Of a stretch of 40,769 nt of DNA, positions 29,467 through 38,986 are shown in pieces. This DNA comes from Candidatus Rokuibacteriota bacterium. GTDB taxonomy: Bacteria; Methylomirabilota; Methylomirabilia; Rokubacteriales; DASRDR01. Position 1 is the first letter of the stretch, and every line of letters starts with the position of its first letter. The notes beneath the pieces were generated by a model. That model saw only the letters and a program-made list of their open reading frames with translations. It was not told the DNA's origin and ran no database searches. The position numbers and the translations under genes were made by a program. Location: positions 1 to 40,769 of the forward strand of contig JBIOTN010000138.1 of the NCBI GenBank assembly GCA_044866005.1, written 5' to 3'.

Positions 29467-29733
29467 GTGGTCGACGTGAAGCGGGGTGACGAGCCACCCG
29501 GGCGCGGCAGCCCTCCGGCCTGGCTGCACGCGACGCTGTTCGCGCGCCGGATCGTTCTGCTCACCGGCCGGCTCGACGATGCGGTCGCGGCCCGGGCCGC
29601 GGCGGACCTCATGAGCCTGGAGGCCGCCGGCGAGGAGCCGATCGAGCTCTCCGTGGACAGCCCGGACGGCACGCTGGAGGCCGCCTTCGTCCTCATCGAC
29701 TACGGCCTGATCGACCGGATCCTCGGCGTCTGA
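29467..29733 (+). pseudogene. ClpP protease remnant with in-frame internal deletion
   Basis: LFARRIVLLTG..DD...LMSL.....PI.L.VDSPDG joined at about 29700/29701 to the ClpP C-terminal YGLIDRIL; catalytic region absent. Confidence 0.8.
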
Positions 29734-29815
29734 GCGCGACGGGACGCCGGGCCACGGCGCGCCCGCGGCGTGCTAGGATGCCCTCGGCCCCGAGGCTCCA
29801 CTCCGGACGAGGGAG

Positions 29816-30796
29816 GTGCCCGTGCCAACCTTGCCAGCGCTCTCGGTCACGATCCTCGCGCTCGCGCTCGGGCTCTCCCCGGCCGTGGCGGCGGCGGCCG
29901 ACGTGTACCCGTCGAAGCCGGTGCGGCTCGTCATCCCGTTCCCGCCCGGCGGGAGCAACGACATCGTCGGCCGCATGATCGGGACGCAGCTCACGGAGCG
30001 GCTGGGCAAGCAGGTCGTCATCGACAACCGTGGCGGGGCCGGCGGCGTGCTCGGCACCGAGCTGGCGGCGACGTCGCCCCCGGACGGCTACACGCTCTTG
30101 CTCATCTCGTCCGCCTACGCCATCAACCCGTCGCTCTACAAGCTCCCGTACGATCCGGCGAAGGCCTTCGTCCCCGTCGCGATCCTCGCGACCGGGCCGA
30201 ACGCGCTCACCGTCTTCCCGGGGCTGCCGGTCAAGTCGGTGAAGGAGCTCATCGCGCTCGCCCGGGAGAAGCCCGGCCAGCTCAACTACGCGGCGGCGGG
30301 CGTGGGCAGCTTCCAGCACCTCGCGAGCGAGCTCTTCCGCCTCATGACCGGCGTCCAGATCGTGGGCGTGCAGTTCAAGGGCGGGGGCCCGGCCATGATC
30401 GACGTGGTCGGCGGCCATACCCAGGTCCTCATGGGCTCGCTCATCCAGTCGCTGCCCCACATCCGCTCGGGCAAGCTCCGGGCGCTCGGCGTCGGCGGGG
30501 CGAAGCGGAGCCCCATCCTGCCCGACGTCCCGACGATCGCGGAAGCCGGCGTGCCCGGGTACGAGGCGACCAACTGGTGGGGCATCGTCGCGCCGGCCGG
30601 CACGCCGCCGCCCATCGTCGACCGGCTGCACAAGGAGGTCTCGGGGATCCTGACGTCGGCGGAGGCGCAGAAGCGGTTCCTGGACGAGGGCGCGGAGGTC
30701 GTTCACATGAGCCCGGCCGAGTTCGGGACGTTCATCGCGGCCGAGACGGCCAAGTGGACGCGGGTCATCAAGGAGGCGAACATCCGCGCCGAGTAG
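29816..30796 (+). CDS. tctC: Tripartite tricarboxylate transporter binding protein (Bug/TctC)
   Basis: YPSKPVRLVIPFPPGGSND, DNRGGAGG, PDGYTLL, PDVPTIAEAG. Confidence 0.93.
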   Translation: MPVPTLPALSVTILALALGLSPAVAAAADVYPSKPVRLVIPFPPGGSNDIVGRMIGTQLTERLGKQVVIDNRGGAGGVLGTELAATSPPDGYTLLLISSAYAINPSLYKLPYDPAKAFVPVAILATGPNALTVFPGLPVKSVKELIALAREKPGQLNYAAAGVGSFQHLASELFRLMTGVQIVGVQFKGGGPAMIDVVGGHTQVLMGSLIQSLPHIRSGKLRALGVGGAKRSPILPDVPTIAEAGVPGYEATNWWGIVAPAGTPPPIVDRLHKEVSGILTSAEAQKRFLDEGAEVVHMSPAEFGTFIAAETAKWTRVIKEANIRAE

Positions 30797-30801
30797 TCCC
30801 C

Positions 30802-31248
30802 GTGGTCGCCCGGAACAGCCGGGACGTCTGGGCCGGCCTGATGCTGATCGGGACCGGCGCCGCCGCGATGCTCATCGCGCGGGGGTACCCGGCCGGCACC
30901 GTCCTGCGCATGGGCCCCGGCTACTTCCCCCGGGTCCTGGGCGGGCTCCTGATCCTCTTCGGCCTCGTCGTCCTGGTCCGGGGCGTCCGGCGCCCCGAGC
31001 CGATCGAGGGCGGCTTCCCGCTCCGACCCCTGGTCCTCCTCCCGCTTGCCATCGTCGGGTTCGCCGTCCTGGTGGAGCACGCGGGCTTCGTCCCGGCGCT
31101 GGTGGCGCTCGGCTTCGGGTCGGCGGCCGCGGGCCGCGAGTTCCGGCTCGTCGAGGTCGTCCTGCTGACCGCGCTCTTGACCGCGCTCTCGGTCGCCGTG
31201 TTCGTCTGGGCGCTCGGCCTGCCCTACCCCCTGATCCAGGGCTTCTGA
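30802..31248 (+). CDS. tctB: TctB small membrane subunit
   Basis: RMGPGYFP, four TM segments, VFVWALGLP. Confidence 0.88.
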   Translation: MVARNSRDVWAGLMLIGTGAAAMLIARGYPAGTVLRMGPGYFPRVLGGLLILFGLVVLVRGVRRPEPIEGGFPLRPLVLLPLAIVGFAVLVEHAGFVPALVALGFGSAAAGREFRLVEVVLLTALLTALSVAVFVWALGLPYPLIQGF

Positions 31249-31261
31249 CGCGCCCCCGGGC

Positions 31262-32758
31262 ATGGAGCTCTTCGACAACCTGATCTTCGGCTTCGCCGTC
31301 GCGCTCTCGGCGCAGCATCTCGCCTACTGCTTCCTGGGGGTCCTGATCGGCACCCTGATCGGCGTGCTGCCCGGCATCGGGCCGCTCGCGACCATCGCGA
31401 TGCTGCTGCCCCTCACCTTCAACGTCGCGCCGGTCGCGGCGCTGATCATGCTGGCGGGCATCTACTACGGCGCGCAGTACGGCGGCTCGACGAGCGCCAT
31501 CCTGGTCAACCTCCCCGGCGAGACCTCGGCGGTGGTCACGTGCCTCGACGGCTACCAGATGGCGCGGCAGGGCCGGGCCGGCCCGGCGCTCGCCATCGCG
31601 GCCATCGGCTCGTTCTTCGCCGGCACCGTGTGCACGCTGCTGGTCGCGCTCGTCGGCCGGCCGCTGGCCGATCTCGCGCTCCAGTTCAGCTCGGCCGACT
31701 ACTTCTCGCTGATGCTGATGGGCCTGGTCGCGGCGGCGGCGCTCGCCCAGGGCGACACGATCAAGTCGCTCGCCATGGTGGCGATGGGCCTGCTGCTGGG
31801 GATCGTGGGCACCGACGTGAGCTCCGGCCTGAAGCGGTTCACCTTCGGCATCACCGAGCTGACGGACGGCATCGGCTTCGTGGTGGTCGCGGTGGGGGTC
31901 TTCGCGGTGGGCGAGATCGTGTCGAACCTCGGGGCGACCGCCGAGCGCGAGGTCTTCACCGCGCGCGTGGCGGGCCTCCTCCCCACCCGGGAGGACCTGG
32001 CGCGCTCGGTCGGCCCGATCGTCCGGGGCACCGGGGTCGGCGCGTTCTTCGGCGTGCTGCCCGGCACCGGGCCGGCGATCGCCGCCTTCGCGTCCTACAT
32101 GCTCGAGAAGAAGCTCGCCCGGGACCCCTCGCGGTTCGGCCGCGGCGCGATCGAGGGCGTGGCGGGCCCCGAGTCCGCCAACAACGCCGACGCGCAGTGC
32201 AAGTTCATCCCGATGCTGACCCTCGGGCTGCCCGCGAGCGGGGTGATGGCGCTGATGCTCGGCGCCCTGACCATCCACGGCATCGCGCCCGGCCCCCAGG
32301 TCATGACCCAGAAGCCCGAGCTGTTCTGGGGGCTGGTCGCGAGCATGTGGATCGGCAACCTGATGCTCCTCCTGCTCAACCTGCCGCTGATCGGGCTCTG
32401 GGTCAGCCTCCTCCGGCTCCCCTACCGGCTGCTCTTCCCCGCCATCGTGGTCTTCTCCGTCATCGGCGTCTACAGCGTCAATAACAGCGCCTTCGAGGTC
32501 TTCCTCGCGGCGGGCTTCGGCGTCGTGGGCTTCGTGTGGATGCGGCTCGGCATGAGCCCGGCGCCGATGCTGCTCGGGTTCGTCCTGGGGCCGATGATGG
32601 AGGAGAACCTGCGGCGGGCGCTGGTGGTCTCGCGGGGCGACCCGTCGGTGTTCGTCACGCGGCCGATCAGCCTGGCCTTCGTGGCCGCGACGGTCCTGAT
32701 CCTGCTCGCCGCGGCGGCGCCGGGCGTGCGCCGGCGCCGGGTCGCGATCACGGGCTGA
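31262..32758 (+). CDS. tctA: TctA large membrane subunit
   Basis: GTLIGVLPGIG, YYGAQYGGS, GPESANNA. Confidence 0.95.
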   Translation: MELFDNLIFGFAVALSAQHLAYCFLGVLIGTLIGVLPGIGPLATIAMLLPLTFNVAPVAALIMLAGIYYGAQYGGSTSAILVNLPGETSAVVTCLDGYQMARQGRAGPALAIAAIGSFFAGTVCTLLVALVGRPLADLALQFSSADYFSLMLMGLVAAAALAQGDTIKSLAMVAMGLLLGIVGTDVSSGLKRFTFGITELTDGIGFVVVAVGVFAVGEIVSNLGATAEREVFTARVAGLLPTREDLARSVGPIVRGTGVGAFFGVLPGTGPAIAAFASYMLEKKLARDPSRFGRGAIEGVAGPESANNADAQCKFIPMLTLGLPASGVMALMLGALTIHGIAPGPQVMTQKPELFWGLVASMWIGNLMLLLLNLPLIGLWVSLLRLPYRLLFPAIVVFSVIGVYSVNNSAFEVFLAAGFGVVGFVWMRLGMSPAPMLLGFVLGPMMEENLRRALVVSRGDPSVFVTRPISLAFVAATVLILLAAAAPGVRRRRVAITG

Positions 32759-32798
32759 GGCGCCGGCCGGGCGGGCCCGCGGCCGCGTGCCTCGGCGC

Positions 32799-33635
32799 TC
32801 AGCGCCCGGCCGGCCGGCCGAAGACCGCCTTCAGCTCCTTGCTGGGGACGGTGTCGCGGAGCCACGTGAACCCGCCCTGCTCCTTCAGCTCCCGCGCGCC
32901 TCGGAGGAACGCCGCGAGGGCGAGCCGCGAGAGCGCCCCGCCGACGCTGATGCGCTTGGCGCCGGCCTCGGCGAGCTCGGCGAGCGTGATGGCAGGGTCG
33001 AAGTGGCTCACGACGTTGACCGGCTTCCGCACGGCCGACACGACCGTGCGGATCGCGGCGAGGTCGCGGAGCCCCGGGGCGTAGAGGACGTCGGCGCCGG
33101 CCTTCTCGAACGCCTGGAGCCGCCGGATGGTGTCGTCGAGATCGAGGCGGCCGTGCAGGAGATTCTCGGCCCGGGCCGTCAGCATGAACGGGACGGGAAG
33201 GGCCCGCGCGACCTCGACGGCGGCGTGCACCCGCTCGACCGACAGCTCGAAGTCGTAGATCGGCCTCGTCGGGTCACCCGTGGCGTCCTCGATCGAGCCG
33301 CCCACGACGCCCGCCTGCGCCGCCAGCCGGATCATCTCGGCCGCAGCGCGCGGCTCGTGGGCGTAGCAGTTCTCCAGGTCGGCGTTGACGGGCAGGTCCG
33401 TCGCCTCCGCGATCGCCCGGCAATTCTCGAGGACCTCGCTCCGGCTCACGGCGCCCGTCCCGTCCACGCGCCCGAGGCTGGCGGCGAAGCCGAGGCTGGT
33501 CGTGGCGAGCGCCTCGAAGCCGAGGGAGGCGAGGAGCCGGGCCGTGCCCGCGTCCCACGGGTTCGGGATGATGAACGCGCCCGGCCGCTCGTGCAGGGCG
33601 CGAAAGGCCGCCGCCTTCTCCGCTTGCGTCCGCAT
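32799..33635 (-). CDS. Isocitrate lyase/PEP mutase family protein
   Basis: IPNPWDAGTA, ALATTS, PVNADLE, GGSIED, LTARAE, GADVLYAPG. Confidence 0.92.
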   Translation of the reverse strand: MRTQAEKAAAFRALHERPGAFIIPNPWDAGTARLLASLGFEALATTSLGFAASLGRVDGTGAVSRSEVLENCRAIAEATDLPVNADLENCYAHEPRAAAEMIRLAAQAGVVGGSIEDATGDPTRPIYDFELSVERVHAAVEVARALPVPFMLTARAENLLHGRLDLDDTIRRLQAFEKAGADVLYAPGLRDLAAIRTVVSAVRKPVNVVSHFDPAITLAELAEAGAKRISVGGALSRLALAAFLRGARELKEQGGFTWLRDTVPSKELKAVFGRPAGR

Positions 33636-33662
33636 GTGGAACCTCCCCTTTCTCGGGGCCGC

Positions 33663-34820
33663 TCACGCGGTCCAGACGATGGAGACGTCTTCCGTCGCGT
33701 CCACCCCGTCGCGCGATTCGACCGGGCGGTCGTACCGGTGGTCGCCCGGCGCGCTCTCCTCCCCGGGGTTCCGGCGGTAGCCGAGGGTCAGCCGGTACTC
33801 GCCCGCGGGGAACGTGGCGGCGAGGCCGGCCGTCCCCGGCAGGAGGAGCACCTGGGTCGTCGCGACGTCGGCGAGCCAGCGGACGTCCACCGCCACCCAG
33901 CCGCCGCCCGTGGCCCGGCGTTGCAGGGCCAGCGTGGTCCGCCCGGTGTGGCCGTCGGCCACGCCCCGCAGGAGGTCGAGCGACTCGGGACTCCGGAGCC
34001 ATGCGTGGGAGGTTGGCGACGGTGCGGCCGACGTCGAGCGCGACGCCGCACAGGGCGGCGTCCTGCCAGACCCCGACAACCTTGGTAGTCGTACACGTCG
34101 GCGTCCTTGGCATCCGCGGGGCGCTCCTGGCGGCGCTCGATCCCAACGTCGCGCGGCTGCTCTGTCTCGCCTGGGTCGACCGGGACGTCAAGCGCAGGCG
34201 CGCTCGATGGTGAGGCGGCAGACCGGGTGGAGGCCGCCGAACGTCACGGGCACGGCCACCCGGGCGATCAGCGGTCTGCCGAGCCGGACCCCCCGCGTGC
34301 CGTCGCTCTCGACCACGACCGCGTCGGCGCTCTGCGCCACCAGCCGGCCTGCCTCGTCGAAGGCGCGGAGGGCCGGCGCGGGCGCTCCGCGCAGATCCTG
34401 GAAGCGCACCTCGACGGCGACCGCCGGCGGGTCGAACGCGATGCCGAGGACCGGCGGGTGCGTGGGCGAGGCGCCGGCGCAGTCGAGCCACGGCTGGCCG
34501 GGCGTCGCGGTGAGCGTGAGCCCCTTGGGACTGCGGAGCGTGAGGCCGTCCACGGACCACGCCGGGGGCAGGACGCGGGGGCGTCCTTTCGCGGCGTCGG
34601 AGAAGTCACGGCAGTCGAGGTCGGCCTTCGCCGCGGCTCGACGGTAAACGAGGAAGCCCTTGGGCGGGAACCCCTTCTCCGCCGGGAAGCTCCACCGGAG
34701 GTGGTGTCCGGATGGACCGATGACGTGCGGATTCGGCCGGATCCCGACGACCGCGAGGTACGGCCCGGTCACCGGCCGGCGACCGAGATCGGGACCCGAC
34801 GCAGAGGAGGAGGGCTGCAC
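33663..34820 (-). pseudogene. Fragmented remnant of a large hypothetical gene (deletions, frameshift, internal inversion)
   Basis: N-terminal piece GHHLRWSFPAEKGFP.KGF.VYRR (34188-34820), inverted middle piece (34110-34188), YDY/KVVGVW piece, C-terminal piece SPESLD...GEYRLTLGYRRN ending 33663; pieces are in different frames. Confidence 0.6.
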
Positions 34821-34972
34821 ATCGCGGGCGGACCTCCGGACGATCCTAAGGGAGCCCCGGCCGCAAGGCAATACAGCACGCGAGCCCCCGCTTGACAGCC
34901 CCGACGCTCCGCACTATGGGAGAGCGGAGGACTGGATGAGCCTGGACACCGTGAGCCGGGGACGGAGCGCCC

Positions 34973-35383
34973 GTGGCCGGTGACCGCCCCTCGGAGCGGC
35001 CCCCCACCCACGCCGGCGGCGTCGTGGCGCGGCTCGACGCGGGGCGCCCTCGCTACCTGCTGGTCCGGGCGCGGCGCGACCCGACCCAGTGGATCTTCCC
35101 CAAGGGTCACGTCGAGCGAGGCGAGACGCCCGAGGAGGCGGCCGTGCGCGAGGTGCGCGAGGAGGCCGGGGTCCACGCCCGGGTGCTGGAGCCGCTCGAT
35201 CGGCTCGTGGTGCCCGACGGCGACGTGCTCCTGTTCCTGATGCGCTACGAGGGTGAGGCCGGGGCAGGGGAGGGGCGGGAGATCGCGTGGTGTGATCCCG
35301 AGGAGGCGCGCCGCCGCCTGACCTTTCCCGAGTCGCGCCAGATCCTGTCCCGCGCGCACGCGCGGCTTCTCTCGCAATCGTGA
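34973..35383 (+). CDS. NUDIX hydrolase
   Basis: AGGVV, W.FPKGHVE.GETPEEAAVREVREEAG Nudix box. Confidence 0.92.
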   Translation: MAGDRPSERPPTHAGGVVARLDAGRPRYLLVRARRDPTQWIFPKGHVERGETPEEAAVREVREEAGVHARVLEPLDRLVVPDGDVLLFLMRYEGEAGAGEGREIAWCDPEEARRRLTFPESRQILSRAHARLLSQS

Positions 35384-36294
35384 AGACGACCGAGATCTTC
35401 GTCGAGCAGGTGCTGATCGGGGCGCTCGTGCTCGGGGCCGCGGCCCTGCCCTGGTGGCCCGAGGTCGCGCGCCTCTTCGTGCCGGGCGGGATCGTGGGGC
35501 TGGGCGGCGGCCTGGCCGTCGTGGGCGTGGCGTACCTGCTCGGCATCCTGTGCGATCGCCTGGCCGATACCCTGACCGAGGACCTCGAGCGGCATCACCG
35601 GCTCCGGTTCGCCCTGGCCTGGCCGACCCTGCGCGGCGTGGGGCCGCCCCGCGACGAGGCGGAGTGGAAGGACCCGTTCCCCGAGGACGCGCTGCGTCTG
35701 GCGGTCCTCCGCGACGCGGCGCCGGTCGTCGCCTGGCTGGATTACCACCGCTCGCGGGTGCGGCTGACCCGGGCGCTCGCCGTCTTCCTGCCGGCCGCGG
35801 CGTTCGCCGCGGTCCTCGGGGCGGCGCGGCTCGAGCGGCCGGCCGGATCGTGGCCGGGTGCGGGATGGATCGGGCTCGTGCCGCTGATCTACGCGCTCGT
35901 CGTCTGGCGGGGCTGGCGACGGCGCGAGCGCACCGGCAAGCTGGACGCCCGGCGGCCGGCGTGGCCGCTGGCCCCGCGGACGGACCGGCGCCAGGCGTAC
36001 GACTACGGCGCCGACCAGGGCTTCACGGACAACGAGCCCGCGAGCCGCCGCCGTCGGACACGCTCGCTCGCCCGGGTGGTCCAGGCGGATCCCGCGGTCC
36101 AGGGCGCGGCCCTGCTCCACATGGCGGGCCTCGTCACGGCCCTCGCGACCGGCCGCACGGCCGTCATCGGGCTGGCGCTCCTCGGCGCCGGCCTGACCGT
36201 GGTCTCCGGGTGGAGTTGGTGGCGGATCAGCGCCACGTACCGCCACTACCTCAGGCAGGCCGGCCGGACGCCGCCGGCGGTGCCGCACGGCTGA
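35380..36294 (+). CDS. Hypothetical multi-pass membrane protein
   Basis: GTGA overlap with NUDIX gene; about 5-6 hydrophobic segments. Confidence 0.75.
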   Translation: MKTTEIFVEQVLIGALVLGAAALPWWPEVARLFVPGGIVGLGGGLAVVGVAYLLGILCDRLADTLTEDLERHHRLRFALAWPTLRGVGPPRDEAEWKDPFPEDALRLAVLRDAAPVVAWLDYHRSRVRLTRALAVFLPAAAFAAVLGAARLERPAGSWPGAGWIGLVPLIYALVVWRGWRRRERTGKLDARRPAWPLAPRTDRRQAYDYGADQGFTDNEPASRRRRTRSLARVVQADPAVQGAALLHMAGLVTALATGRTAVIGLALLGAGLTVVSGWSWWRISATYRHYLRQAGRTPPAVPHG

Positions 36295-36335
36295 TCTCCG
36301 GCGGGAGGGGAGCCGCAATGGGCCCAGGAGGGACC

Positions 36336-37286
36336 ATGACGACGGTGGGATTCATCGGGCTCGGCAACATGGGCGGCGCGATGGCGCGACACCTCCTGAA
36401 GGCCGGCTACGCCCTCGTCGTCCACGACGTGCGGGCGGAAGCGGCGCGTCGCCTGGCGGAGGCCGGCGCCCGCGTCGCCGCGTCCCCCGCCGAGGTCGCC
36501 AGCCAGGCGGAGGTCACGCTCACGTCGCTCCCCGGCCCGCCGGAGGTGGAGGCCGTTGCCGTCGGCGCCGGCGGCCTCCTGAGCGGCATCGCCCGCGGCG
36601 GCGTGTGGATCGACACCTCCACGAGCCGGCCGACGCTGATCCGGGCGCTCGAGCCGCGCTTCCGCGCGAAGGGCGCCCACGTGCTCGACGCCCCGGTGAG
36701 CGGCGGCAAGACGGGCGCCGAGAGTCGCAACCTCGCCGTCATGGTGGGCGGCGATCGCGCCGTGTTCGAGCGGGTCCGGCCGATCCTCGAGGCGTTCGGC
36801 GACAAGGTCTTCTACGCCGGCGCCATCGGGGCGGGCTCGGTCGCGAAGCTCGTCCACAACATGATCGGCCACAGCGTCCGGCAGGCCCTCGCCGAGGGGC
36901 TCACCCTCGGGGTCAAGGCGGGCGTCGAGGCCGAGGCCCTGTGGGAGTGCATCCGCCGGGGCGCGCTCGGCCGCATGCACTACCTCCACGAGGGGCTCCC
37001 CCGCACGGTCTTCCGGGGCCAGTACGCGCCGCCCATGTTCAGCCTGGCGCTGGCGCGGAAGGACATCGGCCTGGCCACCGAGCTGGCCCGCGAGTACCAG
37101 GTCCCCCTGCCGATGACCGACCTCGCCGAAGGGATCGCCGTCCAGGCGCTCGAGCGCGGCTGGGGCGATCAGGACAACAACGTGGTGTTCCGGCTGCAGG
37201 AGGAAGCGGCCGGCGTCGAGGTGCGGGCCCCGCAGGTGGACCCGGCGCGGGCGGCGCGCTTCATCACGACTCACCCCGAGGCCTGA
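36336..37286 (+). CDS. NAD(P)-dependent oxidoreductase, 3-hydroxyisobutyrate dehydrogenase family
   Basis: VGFIGLGNMG, DAPVSGG, KLVHN, FSLALARKD; GGAGG RBS. Confidence 0.93.
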   Translation: MTTVGFIGLGNMGGAMARHLLKAGYALVVHDVRAEAARRLAEAGARVAASPAEVASQAEVTLTSLPGPPEVEAVAVGAGGLLSGIARGGVWIDTSTSRPTLIRALEPRFRAKGAHVLDAPVSGGKTGAESRNLAVMVGGDRAVFERVRPILEAFGDKVFYAGAIGAGSVAKLVHNMIGHSVRQALAEGLTLGVKAGVEAEALWECIRRGALGRMHYLHEGLPRTVFRGQYAPPMFSLALARKDIGLATELAREYQVPLPMTDLAEGIAVQALERGWGDQDNNVVFRLQEEAAGVEVRAPQVDPARAARFITTHPEA

Positions 37287-37309
37287 CCGCCCGGCGGAAA
37301 GGGGGGCGC

Positions 37310-37855
37310 ATGGCGCGCCACGAGGCAGAGCGTGGGCAGGCGCGGCTGGCCATCGTCGAGGAGCACGTCCGGGGCGAGAACCGGCACGACCTCGATGCGG
37401 TGATGGCGACATTCGGCGCGAACGCGCGCTACGACGACGAGCCGTGGGACGACCACCGGATCGGCCGTGACGGCGTGCGCGCGTACTATGCCGACCTCAT
37501 GCGCGCGTTCCCCGATCTCGCGATCGACGTCAGACACCGCCACGTGGCCCCGGACTGCATCGTGCTGGAGGTGACGGTTCGCGGGACCCACCTCGGGCCG
37601 GGACGCGGCGGCCTGCCTGCGACCGGCCGACGGGTGGACTTTCCGCTCTGCGCCATCTACACGTTCGACGCGGACGACCGACTGGCCGGCGAACGGATCT
37701 ACTACGACCGCGGGACCGTGCTACGCCAGCTCGGCCTCTTCCACGAGCCCCTGAGCGGGCTCGGGCGCGTCATGACCGTGCTGAGCCATCCCGCGACGAT
37801 GGCCCGCGCCGCCGCTCTCGCGCTCCGACCGGCGGCCCCGCGGGACGCGGGCTGA
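37310..37855 (+). CDS. SnoaL-like ester cyclase (NTF2 fold)
   Basis: EH...EN.HDLD, RAFPDL, GTHLG, PATGRRV, ERIYYD. Confidence 0.88.
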   Translation: MARHEAERGQARLAIVEEHVRGENRHDLDAVMATFGANARYDDEPWDDHRIGRDGVRAYYADLMRAFPDLAIDVRHRHVAPDCIVLEVTVRGTHLGPGRGGLPATGRRVDFPLCAIYTFDADDRLAGERIYYDRGTVLRQLGLFHEPLSGLGRVMTVLSHPATMARAAALALRPAAPRDAG

Positions 37856-37921
37856 CGCGCGCATCGAGTCGGCGTCGGCGTTGGACACCAGGCCTACGCG
37901 CTCGTAACATCCAGTCGTGCC

Positions 37922-37945
37922 GCCCCACGAGCACGCGCGTGGGGC
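37922..37945. terminator. Hairpin between convergent genes
   Basis: GCCCCACG-N8-CGTGGGGC; no clear U-tract. Confidence 0.4.
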
Positions 37946-37978
37946 AGGTGATCCGCGGCAGCTCGGGGCGGCAGCCGG

Positions 37979-38971
37979 TCAGGGGTGGTTTTCGAGCGGG
38001 ATGCGCGAGACGGTGAACGTGGTCACGTCCTCCTCCGGCTCGTCGCCGGCGGCGGGCGTCAGGGCGAGCGCCGCGTTGGTCACGTAGAGGCTCCCCCGCG
38101 AGAGGACCAGGCTCGCCGGGAAGAGGAGGCCGCGGGGGGCGCCGTCGGGGCCGATCCCCTCGAACTTGCCGCGCCGCTCCAGGACGGCGCCGGTCGTCGG
38201 GTCGAGGAACACCACCTCGTCCTGCTGGTTGGCGGCGACCGCGAGCCGGCCCTGGCCGTCGAAGACGACGCCGTCGGCGCCGTTGATGCTCTGGGCGAGC
38301 TGGGTCAGCGTGAGCCCGGCCAGCGTGAGCTTCAGGATGCGGTCGTCGGCCGTGTTGGCGATGAAGAGGGCGGTGCCGTCCGCGCTGAACGCCAGCCCGT
38401 TGGCGCCGAACGGCGGGAAGCCGTGCGGGGCCGGGGCCGGCTTGAGCTGCTCGTCGGTGACGAAGACGGACGAGGTGCCCGCCGGCAGGTCGAGCTTGTA
38501 GATCTTGCCGCCGAAGGAGTCCGACACGTAGAGGTCGCCGGCCGCGTCGAAGGCGATGGCGTTGAGCCCGCAGTCCACGAAGAGCACGAGCGTGCACACG
38601 TCGAAGACCGCGGTCGGCGTGCTGGTCGGCGTGAGCGGGAGCGCGAACTGCTGCACGTCGCCGTTGCCGAAGTCGGCCACGTAGAGGTTCCCGTCCGGGC
38701 CGATCGCCAGGCCGAGCGGGACGCCGGCGAGCGGCGTCGTCGTCCGCAGCCGCCCGTTCGGGCCGAAGACGTGGATCACGTTCGTCGCGGTGAAGCTGAA
38801 GGTGGCGACGTAGATGTTGCCCTCGGTGTCGGCCGTGAGCCCTTCCGGGTTCCCGGGGCCGGGGGGCAGCGTGGCGAACCGCACGACGCCGTCGGCGTCC
38901 GCGTGCGCGACCGCCGTCCCGGCCAGGAGCAGGAGCCCGAGCGTGAGACTCGACAGAGCCGTCTTCCCCAT
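37979..38971 (-). CDS. Secreted SMP-30/gluconolactonase-like beta-propeller
   Basis: Signal peptide (AHA), NPEGL..D..GNIYV, NAIAFD..GDLYVSDS, GANGLAFS.DG, GADG. Confidence 0.85.
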   Translation of the reverse strand: MGKTALSSLTLGLLLLAGTAVAHADADGVVRFATLPPGPGNPEGLTADTEGNIYVATFSFTATNVIHVFGPNGRLRTTTPLAGVPLGLAIGPDGNLYVADFGNGDVQQFALPLTPTSTPTAVFDVCTLVLFVDCGLNAIAFDAAGDLYVSDSFGGKIYKLDLPAGTSSVFVTDEQLKPAPAPHGFPPFGANGLAFSADGTALFIANTADDRILKLTLAGLTLTQLAQSINGADGVVFDGQGRLAVAANQQDEVVFLDPTTGAVLERRGKFEGIGPDGAPRGLLFPASLVLSRGSLYVTNAALALTPAAGDEPEEDVTTFTVSRIPLENHP

Positions 38972-38986
38972 GACCGCGTGTCTCCT

